A stretch of 64,000 nt of DNA from an uncultured Gemmatimonadales bacterium (lineage in GTDB: Bacteria > Gemmatimonadota > Gemmatimonadetes > Longimicrobiales > RSA9): positions 32,001-96,000 of the forward strand of contig CAWFKH010000005.1 of assembly GCA_963816355.1 (NCBI GenBank). The letters run 5' to 3'. Positions 28,501-36,359 of the stretch are shown here, one piece after another (position 1 is the stretch's first letter; every line of letters begins with the position of its first letter). The translations under genes were made by a program, and so were the position numbers. The notes beneath the pieces are model-generated. The model ran no database searches. It worked only from the letters and a program-made list of their open reading frames with translations, and was not told the DNA's origin.

Positions 28501-29074
28501 GCCACGCGCCGGACTCCGCGAAGAAGCGCCGGATCCCCGCGATCTGCGCCTTCACCTCGAGCATGTCCTGGCTCGTCTCGATCAACAGCACGTCCGCGCC
28601 GCCCTCCACGAGGCCGCGCGCCTGCTCCGCGAAGACGTCGAGCAGCTCCTCGTACGTGATCGCGCCCAGCGTCGCATCGGACGTGCTCGGCAGCAGGCCG
28701 CTCGGACCGATGCTCCCCGCCACGAAGCGCGGCCGCTCCGACGTCGCGAAGCGGTCCGCCACCCGCCGCGCCAGCGCCGCCGCTTCCCGGTTCAGCTCCA
28801 CCACGCGCTCGCCCAGGCCGTACTCCGCGAGCGTCAGGCGGTTCGCCCGGAACGTGTCCGTCTCCACCACGTCGCAGCCCACCTCGAGGAACGAGGCGTG
28901 GATCTCCTCCACCACGTCCGGCCGCGACACCACCAGATGATCGTTGCACCCCTCAAGCGCCGCCCCGCCGAAGTCCCCCGCCGCGAGGCCGCACGCCTGG
29001 ATGCTCGTCCCCATCGCGCCGTCGTAGACGAGCACGCGCGCGGCGAGCGTCTCCAGATACCGACTCGGCTCCAT
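25571..29074 (-). CDS. metH: Cobalamin-dependent methionine synthase
   Basis: YDGAMGT, GLNCSTGP, GGCCGTTP, IGERVNAQGS, GVSNVSFG, GDVHDIGKN (B12 motif), RYSWGYPACPD. Confidence 0.96.
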   Translation of the reverse strand: MEPSRYLETLAARVLVYDGAMGTSIQACGLAAGDFGGAALEGCNDHLVVSRPDVVEEIHASFLEVGCDVVETDTFRANRLTLAEYGLGERVVELNREAAALARRVADRFATSERPRFVAGSIGPSGLLPSTSDATLGAITYEELLDVFAEQARGLVEGGADVLLIETSQDMLEVKAQIAGIRRFFAESGAWRPIQAQVTLDTSGRMLLGTDVAAALVVLEALRVDVVGLNCSTGPEHMRQPVRYLAEHATLPISVIPNAGIPHNEGGRAVYPLTPEALAAAHEEFVTRFGVSVVGGCCGTTPEHLRQVVERVWGRAPAPRRVAAAPRVASAMSAFDLAQIPAPTLIGERVNAQGSRAVKRLLLEDDYEGILDVARGQVEGGAHLLDVCVALTERQDEAAQMRSLVKLLAQGVEAPLVIDSTEADVIEAALRQYPGRAVINSINLENGRARIDAVAPLAVEHGAALVALTIDEEGMARTADRKLAVARRIFDVCTGEYGLDAGALIFDDLTFTLATGDDEYRRSALETIDGIRRIKAELPGALTSLGVSNVSFGLGRHARAALNSVFLHHCVEAGLDLAIVNPAHITPYAEIDAERRALADDLIFDRRDDALARFIAHFESADIEEKEALDPTAEMTPEAAIQWKILHRKKEGVEALVDTVVAERGGSHEAGVWTLNHVLLPAMKEVGDRFGAGELILPFVLQSAEAMKRAVARLETYLDKVEGRSKGKVVLATVFGDVHDIGKNLVHTILENNGYTVYDLGKQVPVNDILDKAVEVGADAIGLSALLVSTSRQMPLCVQELHSRGLAFPVLCGGAAINPSFVRSAAFVAGAGAGSAHEARSAGGDGDLYAPGVWYCKDAFDGLHAVEALSDPERRAAFVEARHAEVRRGVARRAELKEKARATAPRARRPRPSGDVAVPEPPFLGWKLLDRLPLEELFPLIDRNTLYRLHWGAKNAEGERWERLVADEFEPRLERYRARALTGGWLRPRALYGFFPAAADGDALVLYDPADPAREAERFAFPRQADRDGLCLADYFAAAGDGRRDVVALQIVTLGDALLERSQRMMKEGDYGEGYYLHGFGVRLAEAAAELVHRRVRRELGIPAGRGLRYSWGYPACPDHRQHLQLFRLLPARERLGMDVTDAGALVPELSTAALVVHHPDARYFST

Positions 29075-29168
29075 GCGAACTTGCCTCTCCCTCTTGACGC
29101 ATCGCTCGCCGCTTCCCCGTCACCACCGCCGCGCGCCCCCGCCGCGCGCGCCCGCCGCGGGCCGCACG

Positions 29169-29199
29169 AAAAAACCCCGCGACCGCTCGGGTCCGGGGT
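29169..29199 (-). terminator. Intrinsic terminator within the metH 5' leader
   Basis: Minus strand ACCCCG-GACC-CGAGC-GGTC-G-CGGGGT followed by a T run, ~95 nt before the metH start. Confidence 0.8.
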
Positions 29200-29323
29200 G
29201 TCGGAAGCTCGTGGGAAACCGCGTTTCCGGCACTTTAGGCGTTTGTTCGACGCGCGACGTGCTCCTTCGCGCAGTCCGGCGGTCGCAAGCGGCCACAAAT
29301 CACTCCGCCGTCCATCGATTGTA
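29169..29323 (-). ncRNA. Candidate cis-regulatory leader RNA (riboswitch/attenuator) of the metH operon
   Basis: Lies between a promoter and a terminator; three predicted hairpins; upstream of Met/SAM-cycle genes. Confidence 0.55.
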
Positions 29324-29329
29324 CCGACA

Positions 29330-29358
29330 ATTGTAGACGCGCTCCCGCCCGCCGGCAA
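29330..29358 (-). promoter_or_regulatory. Sigma70-type promoter of the metH operon
   Basis: Minus strand TTGCCG (29353-29358)-N17-TACAAT (29330-29335). Confidence 0.65.
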
Positions 29359-29384
29359 GGTGGCGCGGCGCGGTCGCGCGCAGG

Positions 29385-29459
29385 CCCTGAAGCCGAACGC
29401 GCCCGCAGGCGCTGAAGCCGAACGTGTCCGCAAGCCCTGAAGCCGAACGCGCCCGCAGG
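29385..29459. repeat. 25-bp tandem repeat, 3 copies
   Basis: ccctgaagccgaacgcgcccgcagg; copies 1 and 3 are identical and copy 2 is a variant. Confidence 0.9.
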
Positions 29460-29604
29460 CGACGGCCATGCGGGCGTCGGCCGGCGTTGCCGCGCCCGCC
29501 CCTCCGGTCGATACTGTGACCCCGCCGGGGCGGCAGCGGCCAGCGGCACCCCGCCGCCCGGACGCCGGCACGCGGCGCGGCACTTCCCCTGAAGCCGAGG
29601 TCCG

Positions 29605-30240
29605 ATGCGCATCACCGCGATCGAGCCGCAGAAGCGCGCCGCCGAGCGCGTGAGCGTACACGTCGACGGCGAGTTCCGCCTCGGCGTGGCCCGCCAGGTG
29701 CTGCTCGAGGCGGCGCTCGGCGTGGGCGACGACGTGACCGAGGCCCGCCTCGCCGAGCTGCAGCAGCGCGACACCGCGTGGAAGGCGCGCCAATCCGCCC
29801 TCGACCTGCTCTCGCACCGCGCCCGCGCCGCTGCCGAGCTGCGTGACCGTCTGGTGCGGAAAGGGTTCGCGCCCGCGCTCGCGGACGGCGTCGTCGCGGA
29901 AATGGCCGAGCGTGGCTACGTGGACGACGACGCCTTCGCCCGGAGCTTCGTCCGCGACCGCGTCCGCATGCGGCCGCGCGGCCGGCTGCGGCTGATCGCC
30001 GAACTTCGCGCCAAGGGTGTCAGCACCGCGCGTGCGCAGAACGCGATCGACGCGGTCTTCGACGAAGATGCGGTGTCGGAGGAGACCCTGGCGGAACGGG
30101 CCGCGCGCGAGTGGAGCACCCGCAACCCACCCGGCCGCGCGCCGCGTCCCACCCGACGCCGCCGCCTCCACGCCTACCTCGCCCGGCGCGGCTTCGCCTC
30201 CGACGCCGCACGGCAAGCCGTCGATCGGACGATCGCCTGA
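29605..30240 (+). CDS. recX: Regulatory protein RecX
   Basis: MRITAIEPQK...VHVDGEF, ALDLLSHRAR..ELRDRL, GYVDDDAFA, ELRAKGV, YLARRGF. Confidence 0.92.
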   Translation: MRITAIEPQKRAAERVSVHVDGEFRLGVARQVLLEAALGVGDDVTEARLAELQQRDTAWKARQSALDLLSHRARAAAELRDRLVRKGFAPALADGVVAEMAERGYVDDDAFARSFVRDRVRMRPRGRLRLIAELRAKGVSTARAQNAIDAVFDEDAVSEETLAERAAREWSTRNPPGRAPRPTRRRRLHAYLARRGFASDAARQAVDRTIA

Positions 30241-30261
30241 CGCCTCGCCGCCAGGCACGCG

Positions 30262-31548
30262 TCAAAGCAGCTCCGCGCCGGTCTCCGTAACGAGAACGGT
30301 GTTCTCGAACCGGACGCCGGCGCCGCGGAGCGCGTCAGGGACGTTCAGGTCGGCGGTGGCGGCGCCGAAGTAGAGGCCGGGCTCGATGGTGAGGACCATT
30401 CCAGGCTCGAGCGTGCGCGACGCAGCGGCGACCTTGTAGTCGCCGGCGTCGTGCACTTCGAGGCCGATCCAGTGCGACGTCCGGTGCGGGAAGAACGGCT
30501 TGTAGCGGGGCGGATCGGCGGCGATTTCGGCCGGGTCGCCGTCGAGCACGCTGAGCCGCACGAGGCCAGCGGCGAGCTCGCGCACGACGGCGTCGTGGAG
30601 ATCCGCCTCGCGCGCGCCCGGCCGGAGGACGGCGAAGGCGGCGTCGTGGGCGGCTTCGACGACGTCGTGCAGCGCCTGCTGCTGCGGCGTGAAGCGGCCG
30701 GAGACGGGGAGCGTGCGGGTGCGGTCGCCGCAGTAGTGGTCGACGCGAGCGCCGGCGTCGACGAGGAGCAGCTCGCCGGCGCGCATGCGGCGGTCGTTGG
30801 CGACGTAGTGGAGGACGGTCGCGTTGGGGCCGGAGGCGAGGATGCTGGAGAACGCGGGCCCCTGGGCGCCGAGGCGGCGGAATTCCGCCTCGAGCGCCGC
30901 CTGCACCTGCCACTCGCCGGCGCCGTCGGCGATCGCGTCCGCCGCCGCGTCGAAGCCCGCCGCCGTGATCGCGGCCGCCTCGCGCAGCCGCGTGAGCTCG
31001 TAGTCGTCCTTGACGACGCGCATCGGGTCGAGGATCACGCCGGGGTCGACGACGGCGCGCGCGCCGGCGCCGCGCCGGGGCCGGCCCCGCAGCGCCGCCG
31101 CGAGCGTGTCGCGCACGGTGGCGTCGACGTCGTTGCGCGGCAGCGGCAGGCGGGCGTAGAGGGTGTCGACGTCGCCGATCAGGTCCGGCAGTCGCTTGCG
31201 CAGCTCGTCGATCGGGTAGGCGGCGTCGGCGCCGAACGTCTCCTGCGCGGCGTCTGGCCCCCCACGGGGTCCGGTCCACAGCTCCGCGTCCGGGTTTCGC
31301 GGGCGGACGAAGAGGACGAAGCGCCGGGGCGCGCCGGCCGGCAGCAGCAGCGCGACCGCCTCCGGCTCCGTGTAGGCGGTGAGGTAGTAGAGCTCGGGGT
31401 CGACCACGTACGGCAGCTCGATCTCGCGGCCGACGCGCAGCTCGGGCGTCGCGGCGAGGAGGAGCGCGGCGTCGTCGCCCAGCGCGGAAAGCGCGCGCTC
31501 GCGGCGGCGGCGGGTGGCCTCGAGCAGCTCCGGGGATGGCGTGCTCAC
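30262..31548 (-). CDS. pepP: Xaa-Pro aminopeptidase (M24B)
   Basis: LYYLTAYTEPEA, VLHYVAN, LVDAGA...GDRTRT, HRTSHWIGLEVHD, TIEPGLY, VRFEN; GTG start overlaps the upstream stop. Confidence 0.9.
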   Translation of the reverse strand: MSTPSPELLEATRRRRERALSALGDDAALLLAATPELRVGREIELPYVVDPELYYLTAYTEPEAVALLLPAGAPRRFVLFVRPRNPDAELWTGPRGGPDAAQETFGADAAYPIDELRKRLPDLIGDVDTLYARLPLPRNDVDATVRDTLAAALRGRPRRGAGARAVVDPGVILDPMRVVKDDYELTRLREAAAITAAGFDAAADAIADGAGEWQVQAALEAEFRRLGAQGPAFSSILASGPNATVLHYVANDRRMRAGELLLVDAGARVDHYCGDRTRTLPVSGRFTPQQQALHDVVEAAHDAAFAVLRPGAREADLHDAVVRELAAGLVRLSVLDGDPAEIAADPPRYKPFFPHRTSHWIGLEVHDAGDYKVAAASRTLEPGMVLTIEPGLYFGAATADLNVPDALRGAGVRFENTVLVTETGAELL

Positions 31549-32504
31549 TGCGGCTCCGGCGTGGTGGCGGGCGCGACGTGTACGCGCCAGCCGAGGTTCA
31601 CGTCCACCACGAGCACGATCCGGTAGTCGCCCGCGCCCTGCTGCGTGGTGAGTCCCTTGAAGGCGAAGAGTAACGCCGTGAGCGCGGTGTCGCCCGCGGG
31701 GAGGAAGCGCGCCGGCACGTCGAGCGTGTCCGGCACCGGGCCATCGGCGCCGATGCGGAAGCGCCGCTCGCTGCCCACGATGTCGAGCTGCCAGCCCTCG
31801 AACGTCGGCTCCGGCACGTCCGCCACCGCCGGCGCACGCAGGCGCAGCGGCAGGTCGCCGCCCTCCGCGATGCGGACGCTGTCCGGCCCGTCCCGCCACG
31901 GCAGGCCCCACGCGGCCGCCGGGTCCGGCGCCGACAGATCGGCCACGACCGGGGCGTGCAGCACGATCCGCGCGCCCGGCGCGTCGACCGTGGCGTGCCA
32001 GCGCGCGGCGTAGGCGCGAGCGCCGTCGAAGGCGGTGTCGAGCGGTGCGACCGTCACGCCCAGGACGCGCAGGCGGTCGTCCGGCACCGGGCGCGGGTCG
32101 CCCGCCGGATCGGTGCCCGGCGCGAGCGAAGCTTCCAGCCACACGGCCGGCGCCGTCCGGCCGCCGTCCCCCTGCAGCTCGGGGACCGTGTCCGGCGCGC
32201 AGGCGCCGCGGCACGTGAGCGCCGTGTCGCCGAAGATGTGCAGACGGACGTCGAGCACCGCCGGCTTGCGACCCGCCGGCCCCTCCGGCGTGACGAAGTC
32301 GACGCACGCCGCGGCCGCGAGCGCGAGGGCGGCCGCCGCGAGCGCGGCGCGGATACGGGCGGGCGCCGCAGCCGGTGCCGCAGCCGGTGCCGCGGCGAGG
32401 ATCCGCGCGAAGGCCTCGGCCGGTGCCGCGGCGAGGATCCGCGCGAAGGCCTCGGCCGGGCGACGCCGCCGCGCGCGCACAGGTGGCGGCGCCCCCCGTC
32501 TCAC
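31545..32504 (-). CDS. Hypothetical lipoprotein
   Basis: Hydrophobic stretch then LAAAAC-VDF; GTGA overlaps at both ends; 36-bp duplication in the N-region. Confidence 0.65.
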   Translation of the reverse strand: MRRGAPPPVRARRRRPAEAFARILAAAPAEAFARILAAAPAAAPAAAPARIRAALAAAALALAAAACVDFVTPEGPAGRKPAVLDVRLHIFGDTALTCRGACAPDTVPELQGDGGRTAPAVWLEASLAPGTDPAGDPRPVPDDRLRVLGVTVAPLDTAFDGARAYAARWHATVDAPGARIVLHAPVVADLSAPDPAAAWGLPWRDGPDSVRIAEGGDLPLRLRAPAVADVPEPTFEGWQLDIVGSERRFRIGADGPVPDTLDVPARFLPAGDTALTALLFAFKGLTTQQGAGDYRIVLVVDVNLGWRVHVAPATTPEPQ

Positions 32505-33424
32505 CGGCCCTCGAGGAAGTTCGCCTCGAGCTCCCACGGACGCTGGCCGTAGTGCGGCACGAGCGCCGACAGCGCGTTGAGGATCGGATCGCCCAGGCCG
32601 ACGCCGATCCGGCGCAGCGCCCCGCCGCGCGGCGCGAGCCGTGAATGGATGAACTCCTCCAGCGGACCGCCCCACGCGATCGTGAAGAAGTCGTTCTGCG
32701 CGACGTGAACGCGCTCGTGCGCGAAGACGCGGCGGCTGTAGGAGATCCCGAAGCGTGGCACCTCGCTCAGCCACACCGAGGACGCCAGCTCGACGCCCGT
32801 GGCCGGCTGAGCGCCGGTGAGCCTGGAGCGGAACAGCAGCCCGCTCGCGCGAAAGACCGGCGCGCCCGCCGACAGGCTCGCGGCCACGTCCAGGTCGAGG
32901 CGGTCCTGCGCCACACCGTACGCCAGCACCGCGAGCGGTACGAGGTCGATGCGCCCGTCCAGGCGGGTGCGCCCGCCCGCCCGGTCCAGCCGCACCCACC
33001 CCACCATCACGGGCAGGTCGATCCGCTCCAGCGTCGCGCGCCCCGCCCCCGCGTTCGCGACCACGGACGAACCCACGGCGGCCACCTCGCGCCCCAGCAG
33101 GCCGGCGCCGTCGAAGCGCCCGACGGCAAGCCGTTTCCCGGCGTAGACGACGCCGCCCCCCAGCGCCCCGCGCGTGAAGCCGTCCTCGAAGGAGCCGTGG
33201 CGCAGCCACCGGGACACGCCGGCCGTCAACGCGCCGAGCAGCACGTTGCCGCTGAAGACCGTGAACTCGCCCACCCAGCCCGGATAGATCGACGGGCCGG
33301 CGTCACCCGGCGGCGGCAACGCCTGTCCGCGCGCCGCCGCCGGCGCCGTCGCGAGCAGCGCCGCCGCCGTCGCCAGCACGGCGGCGGCCCGCGCGCCCGC
33401 CGCGGCCCCGGCGCGTCGCGGCAT
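32501..33424 (-). CDS. Hypothetical exported/membrane protein with HExxH motif
   Basis: Signal peptide; FAHERVHVAQ and distal PWELEA. Confidence 0.7.
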   Translation of the reverse strand: MPRRAGAAAGARAAAVLATAAALLATAPAAARGQALPPPGDAGPSIYPGWVGEFTVFSGNVLLGALTAGVSRWLRHGSFEDGFTRGALGGGVVYAGKRLAVGRFDGAGLLGREVAAVGSSVVANAGAGRATLERIDLPVMVGWVRLDRAGGRTRLDGRIDLVPLAVLAYGVAQDRLDLDVAASLSAGAPVFRASGLLFRSRLTGAQPATGVELASSVWLSEVPRFGISYSRRVFAHERVHVAQNDFFTIAWGGPLEEFIHSRLAPRGGALRRIGVGLGDPILNALSALVPHYGQRPWELEANFLEGR

Positions 33425-33441
33425 CGCGAGGCGAGTGGAGG

Positions 33442-33816
33442 TCAGGCCTCCTCCTCCGAGGCGCGCTCGTGGTCGATGCAGAGCGTCGCCCACGGCACCA
33501 CCTCGAGCCGCTCCAGGTCGATCTCGCGGCCGCACTCCTGGCAGCGTCCGTAGCGATCCGGCTCCTTGTAGAGCGTGCGCAGCGCGTCGTCGATCCGGTA
33601 GAGCTGCCGCCCCTCGTTGCTCGCGAGCAGGTACTCCTTCTCCTGCTCCATCGTGTCCGTGCCCTCGTCGGCCATGTGCAGCGGGTAGCGCGTCAGGTCG
33701 CCGTCGCCCTCCTCCTGGTTGATGAGCGTGTCGTCGAACTCCTCGAGGTTCTCGAGGACCTCCGCCCTCTCTTCCAGGAGCCGCTGCTCGAAGTGCTTCC
33801 TCTGGTCGTCCGTCAT
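33442..33816 (-). CDS. TraR/DksA-family zinc-finger protein
   Basis: RLLEER, HMADEGTDTMEQE, IDDAL...YGRCQECGREIDLERLEVVPWATLCIDH. Confidence 0.92.
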   Translation of the reverse strand: MTDDQRKHFEQRLLEERAEVLENLEEFDDTLINQEEGDGDLTRYPLHMADEGTDTMEQEKEYLLASNEGRQLYRIDDALRTLYKEPDRYGRCQECGREIDLERLEVVPWATLCIDHERASEEEA

Positions 33817-35057
33817 CGCTCGCTTCTTCCTCCTGGAGTCGTGTCGCGGCTCGCCGTGAGCCGGCGCGTGGTGTCGCGCCGGGCCTGCATCGTGTCCGCC
33901 CTGGCGCGTGGGGTGTCCGGCCGGGTCGGCGCCGCCCGCGCCCGCGTCGTGTCCGGCTGCGCCCGCGTCGTGTCCGGCTGCGCCCGCGCCGTGTCCGGCT
34001 GCGCCCGCGTCGTGTCCGCGCTCGCCCGCGCGGAGCCGGTGTCCCTCTGCACGGGGATCGTGGCGTCCGGCGGTGGCCCGGCCGGCGGCGGAGACGGCAG
34101 CAGGTAGGAGGGGATGGGCAGCGCGGCGGCGCGCTCCGCCTCGAAGCGGCCGTCGCCGTCCTGGTCCCACACCTCGAGCTCGGCGGCGCTGTCGCCGTCG
34201 AGGTCGTAGAGGTACTTGCGGGGCTTGCCGCCGAGGCTCAGGGCGAGGACCCGCCCGCCGCCGGTGGTGCGCCAGAGCGTCGTCGCCATCGGCTGCGGCG
34301 CTTCCACCGGCCCGCACAGCGTGGCGCGAGTGCCGACGAGCCGCAGCGGACCGGTCGTGGGCCAGGTTACGCCGCCGCGTCGCACCGTCGCGGGGTAGCG
34401 CGGCAGCGGCGGCCGCGCCGGCGGCACGACGGCCGCGGAGTCCACGCGCACGAAGAGCCGGCCGGCGCGGCGACGGGCGACGTCGCCACCCGAGATCGAG
34501 TAGAAGATGCGCACGTCCTGCAGCGGCGCGCCGCCGGCGCGCGCCACGCGCTCGAACCCGGGGACCGAGTCGCCGCCGACGACGCAGCGGATCTCCGGCA
34601 CGTCGCCGGCGAGCCAGAGCGTGTCCGGCCGCGGCAGGGGCGTCGTCGCGCCGGGCTCCACGCGCGGCAGGCCGCCGCGGATCTCGTAACGGATCAGCGG
34701 CTCCCCCGGCGCGATCGACGCGGTGACGCCGGGCGTGGCTTCCGGCACGAGGAGGCGGTATGCGAGCGGCAGCAGAAGCGAGATGCGCACCGGCTGCACG
34801 GCCTCGGCGGATGCGTTGTGCAGCGCCAGCACCAGCGGCACGAGGGGCCGGCCGGCGCGCTCGCGGCCAGCCACCGCCGCCGGCGCGCGCACGCTGTCGG
34901 CGAAGCGGCCGTCGCCACCGCGGACGGTGAGATCGACCGCCGGGGCGCGGCCGTTCGCGGCGCCGACGGCGAGGAAGAAGGCGACGATCAGGGAGACGAG
35001 CAGGAGCACGAGCAGCGCCGGCCCGCCGATGCCGATCCGTCGCAGAATCTGGAACAT
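33813..35057 (-). CDS. Hypothetical membrane-anchored protein
   Basis: N-terminal TM helix; YDLDGD...WDQDGDG Ca-binding-like loops; QPDTTRA repeats at the C-terminus. Confidence 0.7.
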   Translation of the reverse strand: MFQILRRIGIGGPALLVLLLVSLIVAFFLAVGAANGRAPAVDLTVRGGDGRFADSVRAPAAVAGRERAGRPLVPLVLALHNASAEAVQPVRISLLLPLAYRLLVPEATPGVTASIAPGEPLIRYEIRGGLPRVEPGATTPLPRPDTLWLAGDVPEIRCVVGGDSVPGFERVARAGGAPLQDVRIFYSISGGDVARRRAGRLFVRVDSAAVVPPARPPLPRYPATVRRGGVTWPTTGPLRLVGTRATLCGPVEAPQPMATTLWRTTGGGRVLALSLGGKPRKYLYDLDGDSAAELEVWDQDGDGRFEAERAAALPIPSYLLPSPPPAGPPPDATIPVQRDTGSARASADTTRAQPDTARAQPDTTRAQPDTTRARAAPTRPDTPRARADTMQARRDTTRRLTASRDTTPGGRSER

Positions 35058-35078
35058 GCCGCGCCCGCCTTCCCGCGA

Positions 35079-36278
35079 TCAGCCCCCAATGTACTTGAGG
35101 CCGCTTCCGGTGTTGAAGAGGACGACCTCCTCGTCGGCGCCGAGCAGGCCGCGGCGCAGCATGTGCGGCACGCACGCCGCCGTGGCGCCGCCCTCCGGCG
35201 CCGCGAAGACGCCGGTCGTGCGGCCGATCGAGCGCACCCACTCGCGCATCTCGTCGTCCGTCACGGCGATCGCCGCGCCGTCGGAGTCGCGGATCGCGCG
35301 CAGGATGAGGAAGTCGCCAACCGCGGACGGGACGCGCAGGCCCGCCGCGTAGGTGGCGGCGTCGCGCCACGGCTCGGCGTGGTCGGCGCCCTCCTCCCAC
35401 GCGCGCACGATCGGCGCGCAGCCCTCCGACTGGACGGAGACCATGCGGGGCCGCCTGCCGTCGATCCAGCCCAGCGCCTCCATCTCCTCGAAAGCCTTCC
35501 ACATGCCGACCAGACCCGTGCCGCCGCCGGTGGGATAGACGATCACGTCCGGAAGCCGGCCGCCGAGCTGCTCGAACAGCTCGTACCCCATCGTCTTCTT
35601 CCCCTCGACCCGGTAGGGCTCCTTGAGCGTCGACACGTCGAACCAGCCGTGCTCCGCCGCCCCCTCCGCCACCACCCGCGCCGCGTCCGTGATCAGTCCC
35701 TCCACGAACCGCAGGTCCGCGCCCAACGCGCGCGTCTCCTCCACGATCGGGCGCGGCGTGTCCGCCGGCACCACGACGTGCGCCCCGATTCCCGCTGCCG
35801 CCGCGTACGCCGCCGTCGCGGAGCCGGCGTTCCCCGCCGACGGGATCGCGACCTCCCTCGCGCCGAGCTCCCACGCCCGCGCGACCGCCATCACGAGGCC
35901 GCGCGCCTTGAAGCTCCCCGTCGGATTCTGGGCTTCGTCCTTGACCCACACCCGCCGCAGCCCCAGCTCGTCCGCCAGCCTCGGCGCAGCGAGCAAGGGC
36001 GTGTACCCTTCGCCGAGCGTCAGCCGCCGCGCCGGGTCGCGCACCGGCAGCACCTCCGCGTAGCGCCACAACGTCGGCTCCCGCCCGCGCAGCGACGCCG
36101 GCGTGAAGCGGCCCCGCAGCGAGGCCAGGTCGTAGCGCGCGTAGAGCGGCTTCGAGCAGCACGGCGACAGCCGGACCAGCGCCTCGCTCTCGTGGCGCGC
36201 GCCGCACGCCGTGCACTCCAGGAACGCGACGCCGGCCGCCGCGCCGTCGCGCGCGCCGACCGCCTCCGTCGCGCTCAT
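35079..36278 (-). CDS. thrC: Threonine synthase (PLP-dependent)
   Basis: LWRY, TLGEGYTPL, KDEAQNPTGSFKARG, SAGNAG, EGKKTMGYE, YPTGGGTG, NTGSGLKY. Confidence 0.9.
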   Translation of the reverse strand: MSATEAVGARDGAAAGVAFLECTACGARHESEALVRLSPCCSKPLYARYDLASLRGRFTPASLRGREPTLWRYAEVLPVRDPARRLTLGEGYTPLLAAPRLADELGLRRVWVKDEAQNPTGSFKARGLVMAVARAWELGAREVAIPSAGNAGSATAAYAAAAGIGAHVVVPADTPRPIVEETRALGADLRFVEGLITDAARVVAEGAAEHGWFDVSTLKEPYRVEGKKTMGYELFEQLGGRLPDVIVYPTGGGTGLVGMWKAFEEMEALGWIDGRRPRMVSVQSEGCAPIVRAWEEGADHAEPWRDAATYAAGLRVPSAVGDFLILRAIRDSDGAAIAVTDDEMREWVRSIGRTTGVFAAPEGGATAACVPHMLRRGLLGADEEVVLFNTGSGLKYIGG

Positions 36279-36359
36279 CGGAGCCCTCCCCCCACCTCGA
36301 TGATCCGCCGCATCCGCTCCACTCCCCCGTATCATGTGTCCGGTAAACCCCGCGCCCGC

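Noticed and set aside
29075..29330. Canonical SAM-I, SAH, cobalamin riboswitch or T-box upstream of metH
   Set aside because: I could not find their consensus elements by eye; kept as an unclassified leader pending cmscan
29385..29459. LexA (SOS) boxes upstream of recX
   Set aside because: GAAC is present but there is no GAAC-N4-GTTC or CTGT-N8-ACAG palindrome
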